Shown in pieces: positions 14,071 to 21,425 of a stretch of 30,260 nucleotides of DNA (the first letter of the stretch is position 1; each line of letters opens with the position of its first letter). Below the pieces are notes generated by a model, which did no database searches, was not told the DNA's origin, and saw nothing but the letters and a program-made list of their open reading frames with translations. The DNA comes from a virus: the IMG/VR virus record IMGVR_UViG_3300031566_000252, positions 1 through 30,260 of that record; one strand, 5' to 3'. The position numbers and the translations under genes were made by a program.

Positions 14071-14154
14071 ATAACTTTCGTGTAACTTTATTGAAAAATA
14101 TGTAACTCCTTATGTTATAGGCAGTTACAGATGAAACTTTTTTTAATAACTTTA
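14071..14154. promoter_or_regulatory. Cluster of TAACT-core repeats including a 7-bp inverted repeat (TGTAACT-N15-AGTTACA, 14101..14129). Candidate operator/promoter region, or a weak terminator for the upstream operon.
   Basis: ATAACTTT at 14071..14078 and 14146..14153. TGTAACT at 14081..14087 and 14101..14107. Inverted AGTTACA at 14123..14129. Lies in the longest ORF-free gap in the window. Confidence 0.5.
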
Positions 14155-14883
14155 TAGTTCCATAGGAACGACAATAGGAATAGTGCCGTTTTCTAATACT
14201 ACACCACAAGATATGATGTATTTTTTTGTGAAGTTCTTTGCGTATGCCATAGCATAGGTCCTATCATCTACTCCACAACCAACCTGCATAGCAAATAATT
14301 TTTTGTCTTTATTACAATACCAATCTGTATATGCCTCTGTATGAATGTGTCCTTGTACAACACTTGTTTGCCATTCTAATACTCTTTTTGTAGCACCTTT
14401 TCCTGATGAGCCTGTTCCGTGTACATATTTAACACCATCTATTGTATGTTCTTGTGCAAACTCCCAACCATAAGTACCTAATACCTCGTCATAGTCTTTT
14501 ATCCATCTATTTGAAATACCACTACTAAAAGCTTTTCTACATATAATAGCATCGTGGTTTCCTATACATACTTTAGCTTTTGGAAATGCTTTGTAAAATG
14601 GTTGAATTTGAGCAATGGCTCTATCTAATTCTTCTCCTGCACCAAAACCATCAGGGTCTTGTTCGTGAAAACTAGAATAATGGTTATCAATAATATCTCC
14701 AATCAGTACAACTGTATTACAATTATACTTTTGATATGTATTTATACAATGTTCGAGGTAACCCTCTCTTGTAAATGGAGAATGTAAATCACCAATCACT
14801 AATACATTTCTAAAATCTTCCTTTCTTAAATCGTGAATGATTTTTTCTTCGTTTGGTCGCAACCTGTATCTATTGTTTGCCAT
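14152..14883 (-). CDS. Calcineurin-like metallophosphoesterase
   Basis: 243 aa. Motifs VIGDLHSP, LIGDIIDNH, IGNHD and VQGHIHT. Confidence 0.8.
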   Translation of the reverse strand: MANNRYRLRPNEEKIIHDLRKEDFRNVLVIGDLHSPFTREGYLEHCINTYQKYNCNTVVLIGDIIDNHYSSFHEQDPDGFGAGEELDRAIAQIQPFYKAFPKAKVCIGNHDAIICRKAFSSGISNRWIKDYDEVLGTYGWEFAQEHTIDGVKYVHGTGSSGKGATKRVLEWQTSVVQGHIHTEAYTDWYCNKDKKLFAMQVGCGVDDRTYAMAYAKNFTKKYIISCGVVLENGTIPIVVPMEL

Positions 14884-15259
14884 TTTTTATCTTTTCTAAT
14901 CCTCTACTTCCAAAGTATGCACCTATTACTGTGATTAAGACTATTTGCAGTAGGTCTACCCACTTATCTTCCACAAGGAATACTATTGTGCCACTATCAA
15001 TAAAAATCATTAGTACGGTGCTAAAAACAAGAAAAGCCAAAACCATTGGTCTAATGTTCTTTGACAACCAAGAATCACTTTGCATATCAGCTTCCCACCT
15101 TTTGGTAACTTCTTGCTCAATGATACTACGATTTGCATTGATAATTTTTTCTAATTCGTTTTTAAGAATTAATTTTTCTTCTTGCGAAGTTACAACTTCA
15201 TCTATGATTTTGGAACTATCGCCTAAAAGTTTTGAAAAGATGCTTGTTAATAAAGCCAT
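14870..15259 (-). CDS. Holin (GTA_holin_3TM / DUF3154-like)
   Basis: 129 aa. An N-terminal amphipathic/coiled segment, then SWLSKNIRPMVLAFLVFSTVLMIFI and LLQIVLITVIGAYFG hydrophobic helices. Overlaps the endolysin gene. Confidence 0.6.
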   Translation of the reverse strand: MALLTSIFSKLLGDSSKIIDEVVTSQEEKLILKNELEKIINANRSIIEQEVTKRWEADMQSDSWLSKNIRPMVLAFLVFSTVLMIFIDSGTIVFLVEDKWVDLLQIVLITVIGAYFGSRGLEKIKNGKQ

Positions 15260-15597
15260 ATTGAATGTGGTTTGTTTCTGTCAGTATCTACGTGGATAAA
15301 TGTATCTGCTATCCCAATTCTTCTGAAACCTACTTTGATTAAAGCGTGTACCATTGTTAATCTATCTTGTCCATTTGCACAATGAATATCTGCTGCACAG
15401 AATTTCATATGGCTGCTATTAGGATTTCCTCCAATAGACTTATTGTGTTCAGGAGTCCTATATCCTGAATTTATATAAAAAGGAATCTTTGATATATGTC
15501 TAGCATCATCCAACATTTCAAGAAATTTAACTTCCATTAATTCTCCTGTTCCTTTTTTAGTTGGGCAATCAAATTCGTGATGTTTAAAGTATATCAT
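15247..15597 (-). CDS. Peptidase M15 (zinc D-Ala-D-Ala carboxypeptidase-like) endolysin
   Basis: 116 aa. INSGYRTPEHNKSIGGNPNSSHM..AADI...HVD matches the M15A/VanY-like signature. Confidence 0.8.
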   Translation of the reverse strand: MIYFKHHEFDCPTKKGTGELMEVKFLEMLDDARHISKIPFYINSGYRTPEHNKSIGGNPNSSHMKFCAADIHCANGQDRLTMVHALIKVGFRRIGIADTFIHVDTDRNKPHSIWLY

Positions 15598-15758
15598 TTT
15601 CTTTTGTTTCTATAATAAATAAACCTATCAATAGTATATATAATTGAAACTATCAATAAAGCTATTTGTAAAGTTTGATGTAATGTTGTAAAGCTAATTG
15701 AAAATGATACACTATTCAGCCCTAGTACATCTGCGTTTTCCTTTATTATTTCTTTCAT
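15594..15758 (-). CDS. 54-aa single-pass membrane protein upstream of the endolysin (holin/antiholin/spanin-like; absent from the ORF track)
   Basis: Hand translation: MKEIIKENADVLGLNSVSFSISFTTLHQTLQIALLIVSIIYTIDRFIYYRNKRK. Its stop overlaps the endolysin start as ATGA. Confidence 0.55.
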   Translation of the reverse strand: MKEIIKENADVLGLNSVSFSISFTTLHQTLQIALLIVSIIYTIDRFIYYRNKRK

Positions 15759-15808
15759 CTTTATTATCTATGTAGCTTTTTAGCTTAATTTCGTTTTTCT
15801 TTTTTGGT

Positions 15809-16366
15809 TTATATTGAGCCATCTAGAAAGTCTCTTAAAGTTATTTGTGTATCGTCTAATCTTCTTTTTCCTAAATTCATTCCGTTGTTGTAATTGTTTC
15901 TACTTGGTCTTAAATCAGCACCTGTATTAGTATTGTATTCAGGAAACAAATTGTTATTCTCGCATAAGTAGTCAATCAATCTTTCTGTGTACCATTCAGC
16001 AGTATTCATAACTGTATTCCTTAGGTAATTTAATTCTTCTAATGGTGCAGTCGTTGAGTTTTCACTTGTTTGTCTTACAATATCTTTATTCATTATTTTG
16101 TAACCCAAAAAAGGAATTGCTTCATACAAAGTCCAATGCACCAAAGCATCTTGTATGTAGGTATTTATTAAGGTTTCATAGTTACCTGTTAAAGTGCCAC
16201 CTGTAATATCAGATTGTAATTTTTCATACAATTTACTACCTAACTTTGTCCAAATATGTAAATCTTGTGCGACTTTCATATATGGTCTTAACAACTCTAC
16301 ATCAACATTTCCGTTGATAGTTGTACTTCTTTTTAATTTATCTTCTGATATGAATAGTACTGCCAT
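15809..16366 (-). CDS. Hypothetical virion protein (185 aa), possibly a head-tail connector/adaptor
   Basis: Lies immediately downstream of the portal gene. No firm motif; the functional guess rests on position only. Confidence 0.6.
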   Translation of the reverse strand: MAVLFISEDKLKRSTTINGNVDVELLRPYMKVAQDLHIWTKLGSKLYEKLQSDITGGTLTGNYETLINTYIQDALVHWTLYEAIPFLGYKIMNKDIVRQTSENSTTAPLEELNYLRNTVMNTAEWYTERLIDYLCENNNLFPEYNTNTGADLRPSRNNYNNGMNLGKRRLDDTQITLRDFLDGSI

Positions 16367-16368
16367 TG

Positions 16369-18222
16369 TTATCTAGGGTTTACATAACCACGATTAGGCA
16401 TATCAATTGGTGCTTGATATATCTTTTGGTCATTTTCCTCAGGTTTGAAACCTCTGCTTCTTGCCTTTGTTTTGTTAATTATTTCGTCTGTGTTGTAATT
16501 AGGTTTGTTACCAAACTTTGTTACATATATTTTTCTAACCCACTTATGATAACAATTAGGTCCTCCTTTGTAAAGCCAAATATTGTAAATATCAGAGCCG
16601 TTTTCTCCAAAACCTTTGTTAGCAGGTATGCTTGAAAGACTATGAGCCTGTCCAATTATATCTTCCTTTCTATATATCTTGTTTGCTTGTACCATTTGGG
16701 TACAGAATTTTCTTTCAGAAGAATGTTTTTTAGTTTTACCTGTATATTGGTAACGAACTCTGTAAAGATTAAATTCATCGTCAAAACCATCTTGTTTGCT
16801 ACCTCGTTTTCTAGGACTTCCTGTTCTTACTAAATTTAATTTTTTTGATAATTCATTAAGGTTGTGTTCAAAGTCAAAATCTTGGTGTTCATCTTCCATA
16901 TTCACTTCTTCCTCACTTAACAACTCCCAATTTTTTAAATCTTCATCCTCGCCATATTTTTCAATAAAATTATTCAGAACCTTATGTCTAGCAAACTTTC
17001 TAGCTTCTTCCTCTAACACTTGTTGCTTTGGTGCATATCCAAGTTCCTCTCTTATTTCATCTTCTGTTAATACATCAGCCAATATATCAGCATCAAACAT
17101 ACTATTCAAAGGACTTAAATCTTTAATAGATATATTACACACCATATTGTTAGTCGTACATAGCATTTTAAGGCTCTTTAAGAGCATATCTTGATAAGGT
17201 TGGACAACTGTATTAGAATATAACTCATAGGCTTCTAATATCTCCGTTCTCCCACCTAATTGTCCTTCCGTTTTTACTCCCAATAATTGAGGACTAGTAA
17301 CTCGGTGTCCAATCATTATGTTTTGAATACATAATTCGTTTAAAACTGTATATTGTTTGTCGGCATCTGACAATTGGATAGGTTGTAAATCAGGTTTTGA
17401 ATTAGCATCATCACTAAAAGTAAGAACAAACTTACCTGCATTTCCTGCACCACTAAACTTCCTTGATATTTGTTGCTCAATAGCAAATCTTTCTTCTTCC
17501 GTTGGTACTCCATTGTTGAAGTTTATCCAAAAACTAGGGCTAAAACCATTTTGGATATTTGCCAAATGAAAATTGGAGGTAAGATTATCGGTAAGAATCC
17601 AGTTAGTAGATGCCACATAATCAGGAGTATGGTATATGTCCATTCCTGCACTATACAACCCATTGAAATAAATAGCATTAGGACTTGTTCTGTCGTTACT
17701 ATCAAAAGCAGGTATTCTGTGAGGTGCATATTGTTTCTTTCTAATTTGTGTCCAATCATTAGATAGGTAGTATTCTTCTACAATACCCATTGCATTAGGT
17801 TTACCACTTCTTAATTTCTCAACAGGTATATGATGTACCTGAACAATCTTTGTTCTATCCACATTCCAAATAACATTCCAAGCATAAGAGCCGTGTAGTT
17901 TTAAATCAAAAGCAGTTTTTCTTAATAATTCTTCTACACTACCACCTTTGCCATTAATGTTAGCAAAGAATTGTTTCAACTCTACATTTGATTGTAAATT
18001 TCCATTTTCTTCTATTACAACTTCTTTACCTGCTATCATTTCAGATGTTGCGTTTACTATTGCAGAATGTGTTGCAGATGAATTGTATAACTCAATTAGG
18101 AATTGAGGGTACTGATTTCTGTATTCTCCCTCTCCAAACTCTACCCAATCAGTTCTGTCAGATTCAACGATTTTTGGTGCAGTCTGTTGTTCTAGATAAA
18201 CTTGTGATAATCTATTTTTCAT
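16369..18222 (-). CDS. Portal protein fused to a C-terminal MuF/SPP1 gp7-like minor head protein domain
   Basis: 617 aa. The size and N-terminal ~450 aa are portal-like. The C-terminal ~150 aa carries ...SERKFCTQMV...YKGGPNCYHKW, like the MuF CxxC...PxHxNCRC module. Confidence 0.7.
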   Translation of the reverse strand: MKNRLSQVYLEQQTAPKIVESDRTDWVEFGEGEYRNQYPQFLIELYNSSATHSAIVNATSEMIAGKEVVIEENGNLQSNVELKQFFANINGKGGSVEELLRKTAFDLKLHGSYAWNVIWNVDRTKIVQVHHIPVEKLRSGKPNAMGIVEEYYLSNDWTQIRKKQYAPHRIPAFDSNDRTSPNAIYFNGLYSAGMDIYHTPDYVASTNWILTDNLTSNFHLANIQNGFSPSFWINFNNGVPTEEERFAIEQQISRKFSGAGNAGKFVLTFSDDANSKPDLQPIQLSDADKQYTVLNELCIQNIMIGHRVTSPQLLGVKTEGQLGGRTEILEAYELYSNTVVQPYQDMLLKSLKMLCTTNNMVCNISIKDLSPLNSMFDADILADVLTEDEIREELGYAPKQQVLEEEARKFARHKVLNNFIEKYGEDEDLKNWELLSEEEVNMEDEHQDFDFEHNLNELSKKLNLVRTGSPRKRGSKQDGFDDEFNLYRVRYQYTGKTKKHSSERKFCTQMVQANKIYRKEDIIGQAHSLSSIPANKGFGENGSDIYNIWLYKGGPNCYHKWVRKIYVTKFGNKPNYNTDEIINKTKARSRGFKPEENDQKIYQAPIDMPNRGYVNPR

Positions 18223-18644
18223 TATGCTTGAATGTAAATTGTGTTAGTTGTTGGATTAGAGTGTTCTGTATAATTAACCTCATTTCCAAACTTGTGTGCC
18301 GTTGTAAACGTGCCATTAGGATAAACAATAGCTTTTCCTTTTTGTAATATTCTTTGTGTATCTGCATCTTCTACCCTCCAAGTATAACTTCCTGTCGGTT
18401 CAAAGTGTACAATACCATTTGCTAAATCTTCATCAGCAGAAGCAAATGTAAGTTTAAAAGTCAGAATATCAAATCTAATTCCTTGAACATAAGATATTGG
18501 AGTAATGCTTTTTTCAACTTTAGATAAATCATTGCTTAAAATTATCTTAAAAGTATCTTCACCACTTCTTAATACCTCTGTAAGTGTACATCTTAAAGAT
18601 TGTAATTCATCTACACCAACTAATGCTTGTTCAAAGTATTGCAT
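18222..18644 (-). CDS. Hypothetical virion-module protein (140 aa)
   Basis: Minus-strand ORF preceded by the conserved promoter-like motif, with a 1-nt ATG/stop overlap (position 18222) to the portal gene. Confidence 0.75.
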   Translation of the reverse strand: MQYFEQALVGVDELQSLRCTLTEVLRSGEDTFKIILSNDLSKVEKSITPISYVQGIRFDILTFKLTFASADEDLANGIVHFEPTGSYTWRVEDADTQRILQKGKAIVYPNGTFTTAHKFGNEVNYTEHSNPTTNTIYIQA

Positions 18645-18648
18645 ATCC

Positions 18649-18668
18649 GTTTATAGTAAATATAAAAA
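18649..18668 (-). promoter_or_regulatory. Copy 2 of the conserved motif (20/20 identical to 21395..21414); candidate phage promoter
   Basis: Plus strand GTTTATAGTAAATATAAAAA, minus strand TTTTTATATTTACTATAAAC. The 15-mer core lies 9 nt from ATG 18644. Confidence 0.55.
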
Positions 18669-18689
18669 AAAGCTATTTATTACAATAAC

Positions 18690-18718
18690 AAAAAAAAAGA
18701 GGTACAATTAAGTACCCC
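18690..18718 (-). terminator. Candidate intrinsic terminator after the capsid / 188-aa structural gene pair
   Basis: On the minus strand, GGTAC-TTAATT-GTACC (5-bp stem) is followed by TC and a run of nine T. It lies 29 nt downstream of the stop at 18745. Confidence 0.5.
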
Positions 18719-18744
18719 CTTTCAAATCAAATTATGAATTTATG

Positions 18745-19311
18745 TTAAGAATTTACCAATGTAACAGTAAATGCTGCATTGTCAAATGGTACAGTAGTAT
18801 AATCAGCAACAAATACCATAGGTTCAGGCTCTTGTCCTGAAAATGTGTAATCGTATCCGTTCATATCTCCTGCTGCCACCCCTGATGCTTCAGTACCTGC
18901 TAACAAGTCTAAACCATTTTCTAAACCAACTGCTACAATTACATTGTGTCCGTTAGCATATTTTTGTTGCAACTCACAGAATACTAGACATCTGTTTTGA
19001 GTAAGTAATTTTAATTCATTTCTATCAGCTACTGTTAAAGCGTGTAGCTTGATATTCACACTTGGCTCATAAAAAACTGTTCCGTTTTCTACTGAACCTG
19101 TGATTGTTTCTGTTATAGAGGCAGTACCTCTTGGTAAGTCATATTGATATAGATTGCTTCCACCAACGGCTGCGTTTATGTCTAAATCTGTCAATGAACC
19201 TGATGCAACTGTTGTTGTCGCATCAGCTAATACACAAATGTAGAATCGCTTTACACCACCCATTACATTTTTACAATCTAATCCCCTACCTTTTGTTAAA
19301 TTACAAGCCAT
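18745..19311 (-). CDS. Virion structural protein (188 aa), possibly the major tail/tube or a capsid accessory protein
   Basis: Directly follows the major capsid gene and precedes a terminator. Gly/Thr/Val-rich beta-type composition. Function inferred from position only. Confidence 0.6.
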   Translation of the reverse strand: MACNLTKGRGLDCKNVMGGVKRFYICVLADATTTVASGSLTDLDINAAVGGSNLYQYDLPRGTASITETITGSVENGTVFYEPSVNIKLHALTVADRNELKLLTQNRCLVFCELQQKYANGHNVIVAVGLENGLDLLAGTEASGVAAGDMNGYDYTFSGQEPEPMVFVADYTTVPFDNAAFTVTLVNS

Positions 19312-19336
19312 ATTATTGGTTTTGTATTGATTGGTA

Positions 19337-19354
19337 GGAGTGCCTAAACACTCC
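19337..19354 (-). other. Intercistronic GC-rich hairpin between the capsid gene and the 188-aa gene
   Basis: GGAGTG (19337..19342) pairs with CACTCC (19349..19354) around a 6-nt loop. No U-tract follows on the minus strand. Confidence 0.4.
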
Positions 19355-19379
19355 CACTTTTCAAAAGATTAAAATTAAA

Positions 19380-20288
19380 CTATGATACTACTACAACTTC
19401 TGAACCAATACCTACTTGTACAGAACCACTAAATTTAGCAACGATTCTAATGTTGTCAGAACCATCTAATGCACTCATATCTAGCATTTTGATTTCTGTT
19501 TGGTCGCTGATTAAGTCAGTACCAAAGTATAAGTTTCCTTGTTTAGCTGCTACGATTGTATCAACAGGCATTCCTGGACACATTGCAATTTTAACACCAT
19601 TTGCTAAAGGAACATATCCATCTTGCATATTGTAAGCGTTCACATATCCTAAAGCAGAAATTGCTGATAAGTAATGTCTGTAAGCAGCAGTTCCCATATA
19701 TAGGTATAAATCTTCTGCTCCGTAAACTGTTACAGGAATATTGTTAATTGCTTCTTCAATGTTTTCGATGATGTTTGTAGCCGTAAATACACCTGTTTTT
19801 GCTACTGGGATAGTATTACCATCTACTGCAAAAGCACCTGTTGTTGCAGTTAAAAAACCTTCAAATTGTCCTGCACTAGCACCTGCACCATTCCAAATGT
19901 TGTTTTCTACATTCTGTCCAATAGAACCTGCAATGTGAGAAAATACAAATGCCATAAAGTCTGCACTGAAATCAGAGTTGTTTGCACCTGCTCTCATTTG
20001 AGCTGCCTGCCAATCGTCTAATATGTCTTGCTTACAAAGTTGAACGTTTACTTCTAATAATTTAGGAGTAAGAATTTTGTCAGTTAAAGTTAAAGTACCT
20101 GAACCATCAAAATCACAAGAAGCATTTTTGATAAGACCATTGTCAGTCATTACCTGTAAAGTTCTTTTGAATTTAATGTTTTCATAAGTAGTCATAAATC
20201 CTAAAGATAAAGACTGTTTGAATGCTGCTGCTAAGTAGACACCTGCTGCTTCTCCTGCGTAACCTGTTGTTATTACTGGGTTTGCCAT
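19380..20288 (-). CDS. Major capsid protein (HK97-fold type, inferred)
   Basis: 302 aa. Follows an acidic scaffold-like gene and a prohead protease. Ala/Gly-rich with a typical MCP size. No search performed. Confidence 0.7.
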   Translation of the reverse strand: MANPVITTGYAGEAAGVYLAAAFKQSLSLGFMTTYENIKFKRTLQVMTDNGLIKNASCDFDGSGTLTLTDKILTPKLLEVNVQLCKQDILDDWQAAQMRAGANNSDFSADFMAFVFSHIAGSIGQNVENNIWNGAGASAGQFEGFLTATTGAFAVDGNTIPVAKTGVFTATNIIENIEEAINNIPVTVYGAEDLYLYMGTAAYRHYLSAISALGYVNAYNMQDGYVPLANGVKIAMCPGMPVDTIVAAKQGNLYFGTDLISDQTEIKMLDMSALDGSDNIRIVAKFSGSVQVGIGSEVVVVS

Positions 20289-20311
20289 AATTATTTGTTA
20301 TAAATTAATTG

Positions 20312-20917
20312 TTAATTGTTTAAGTCGTACAAGAACTTTTCTTGTTGAGTTAATTTGTTATAATCTGCTTTGCTTAAAGATACTTTTGATGTTCCTTTAG
20401 AAAACTTTTTTGTGTTTACATTATGAGTAGCAGGTTTATTACCTAATTGTTTAGATAATTCTGTATTTTCTTTTTGTAAATCAACAATTTCTTCTTCTTG
20501 TGAAAGATTAGTTCCTGTAATTTCAGCAACACTTTCTTTAAGTGCATCAATTTCTTCTTTCATTTCAGTAAAGATTTGCATAACAACCTCCGAAAATTCA
20601 GTTAATTTGTCGTCAGACATTTCTTCCTTATCTTCTTCTTCTGTTTCTACTTCTTCCTCAATTTCTACTTCTCCTACTGATGCGATGATGCCTTCTTCTT
20701 CCACTACGAAAGTCATTCCATCTTCCATCTCATAAGAGCCGACAGGTACTGCGATAGTCGTGCCATCTTCTGTCATTACCATAACCTCAACACCCTCTAC
20801 AAGTGCATCAGCTTCTGATACTATAATTGTTCCATCTAAAAGTTTACCCTCAAATGCTAAAGCAATAGTTTCATCCTCGATGCCTAATGCTACTCTGATT
20901 CTAGTTTTAATATCCAT
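20312..20917 (-). CDS. Scaffolding-like protein (acidic, coiled-coil)
   Basis: 201 aa with Glu-rich runs (EVEIEEEVETEEEDKEE) and heptad-like C-terminal helices. Lies immediately upstream of the capsid gene. Confidence 0.55.
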   Translation of the reverse strand: MDIKTRIRVALGIEDETIALAFEGKLLDGTIIVSEADALVEGVEVMVMTEDGTTIAVPVGSYEMEDGMTFVVEEEGIIASVGEVEIEEEVETEEEDKEEMSDDKLTEFSEVVMQIFTEMKEEIDALKESVAEITGTNLSQEEEIVDLQKENTELSKQLGNKPATHNVNTKKFSKGTSKVSLSKADYNKLTQQEKFLYDLNN

Positions 20918-20944
20918 AGTTTTATTTTATAATCCGAATTTTTG

Positions 20945-21385
20945 TTAAATTAATCTATCAGCTTCTTCTATTACATCTTCTAAATCGGCAGTTAAATTTG
21001 CTAATTCAGTAGATTTATCCACTAATTTACTAGCAAGAGGAATTTTAGAAATATCAATTCCTAAAGCTTCAGCACTTTTATCAAATTCTCGTTCTTGGTT
21101 ATTCATTACGTCAACTAATGAATTTGCTACATCTCTATCATTTGATGATTCTTGCACAAAATCGCTAATTCTAGATATTGCTTGAAGATATTGCGTATTT
21201 ATATCTTCAAAAATATTTATGTAATTTTTTAAATCTTTAATCAAACCATCTGCTTCTTTAATAGAAGTTTGTGCTTCATCAACTAAAGCTAATTCAATTT
21301 TTTTAGCTTCTGCTAATTTTACTTTTTTTAATTTATCTAACTTTGATTTGTCAATAGCAGATAAATATGTTTTGTTTTGTGGCAT
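20945..21385 (-). CDS. Hypothetical coiled-coil virion-module protein (146 aa)
   Basis: Minus-strand ORF preceded by the conserved promoter-like motif. Confidence 0.7.
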   Translation of the reverse strand: MPQNKTYLSAIDKSKLDKLKKVKLAEAKKIELALVDEAQTSIKEADGLIKDLKNYINIFEDINTQYLQAISRISDFVQESSNDRDVANSLVDVMNNQEREFDKSAEALGIDISKIPLASKLVDKSTELANLTADLEDVIEEADRLI

Positions 21386-21394
21386 AGTATGTCA

Positions 21395-21414
21395 GTTTAT
21401 AGTAAATATAAAAA
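21395..21414 (-). promoter_or_regulatory. Copy 3 of the conserved motif; candidate phage promoter
   Basis: GTTTATAGTAAATATAAAAA is identical to 18649..18668. The 15-mer core lies 14 nt from ATG 21385. Confidence 0.55.
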
Positions 21415-21425
21415 TATGTTACTTG

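Noticed and set aside
14152-14883. The metallophosphoesterase as a dedicated anti-defence (cyclic-nucleotide-degrading) enzyme.
   Set aside because: Only generic calcineurin-like motifs (GDxH, GDxxD, GNHD, HxH) are visible, and nothing in the sequence links it to a specific substrate. I kept it as an ordinary feature rather than a finding.
14853-15299. Plus-strand ORFs in the track. Examples are 1135..1404, 1732..1920, 4747..4980, 6030..6366, 12402..12707, 14853..15299, 16366..17194, 17357..17766, 17988..18347, 21466..22203, 22341..23237 and 23784..23993.
   Set aside because: All lie antisense to well-supported minus-strand genes. Their translations are low-complexity and Leu/Ser/Phe/Ile-rich, as expected from reading AT-rich coding DNA backwards, and none has its own intergenic space or recognisable motif.
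17523-17759. 78-aa minus-strand ORF nested inside the portal gene.
   Set aside because: It is an alternative frame of a long, well-supported ORF, and its hydrophobic composition is typical of an off-frame artefact.
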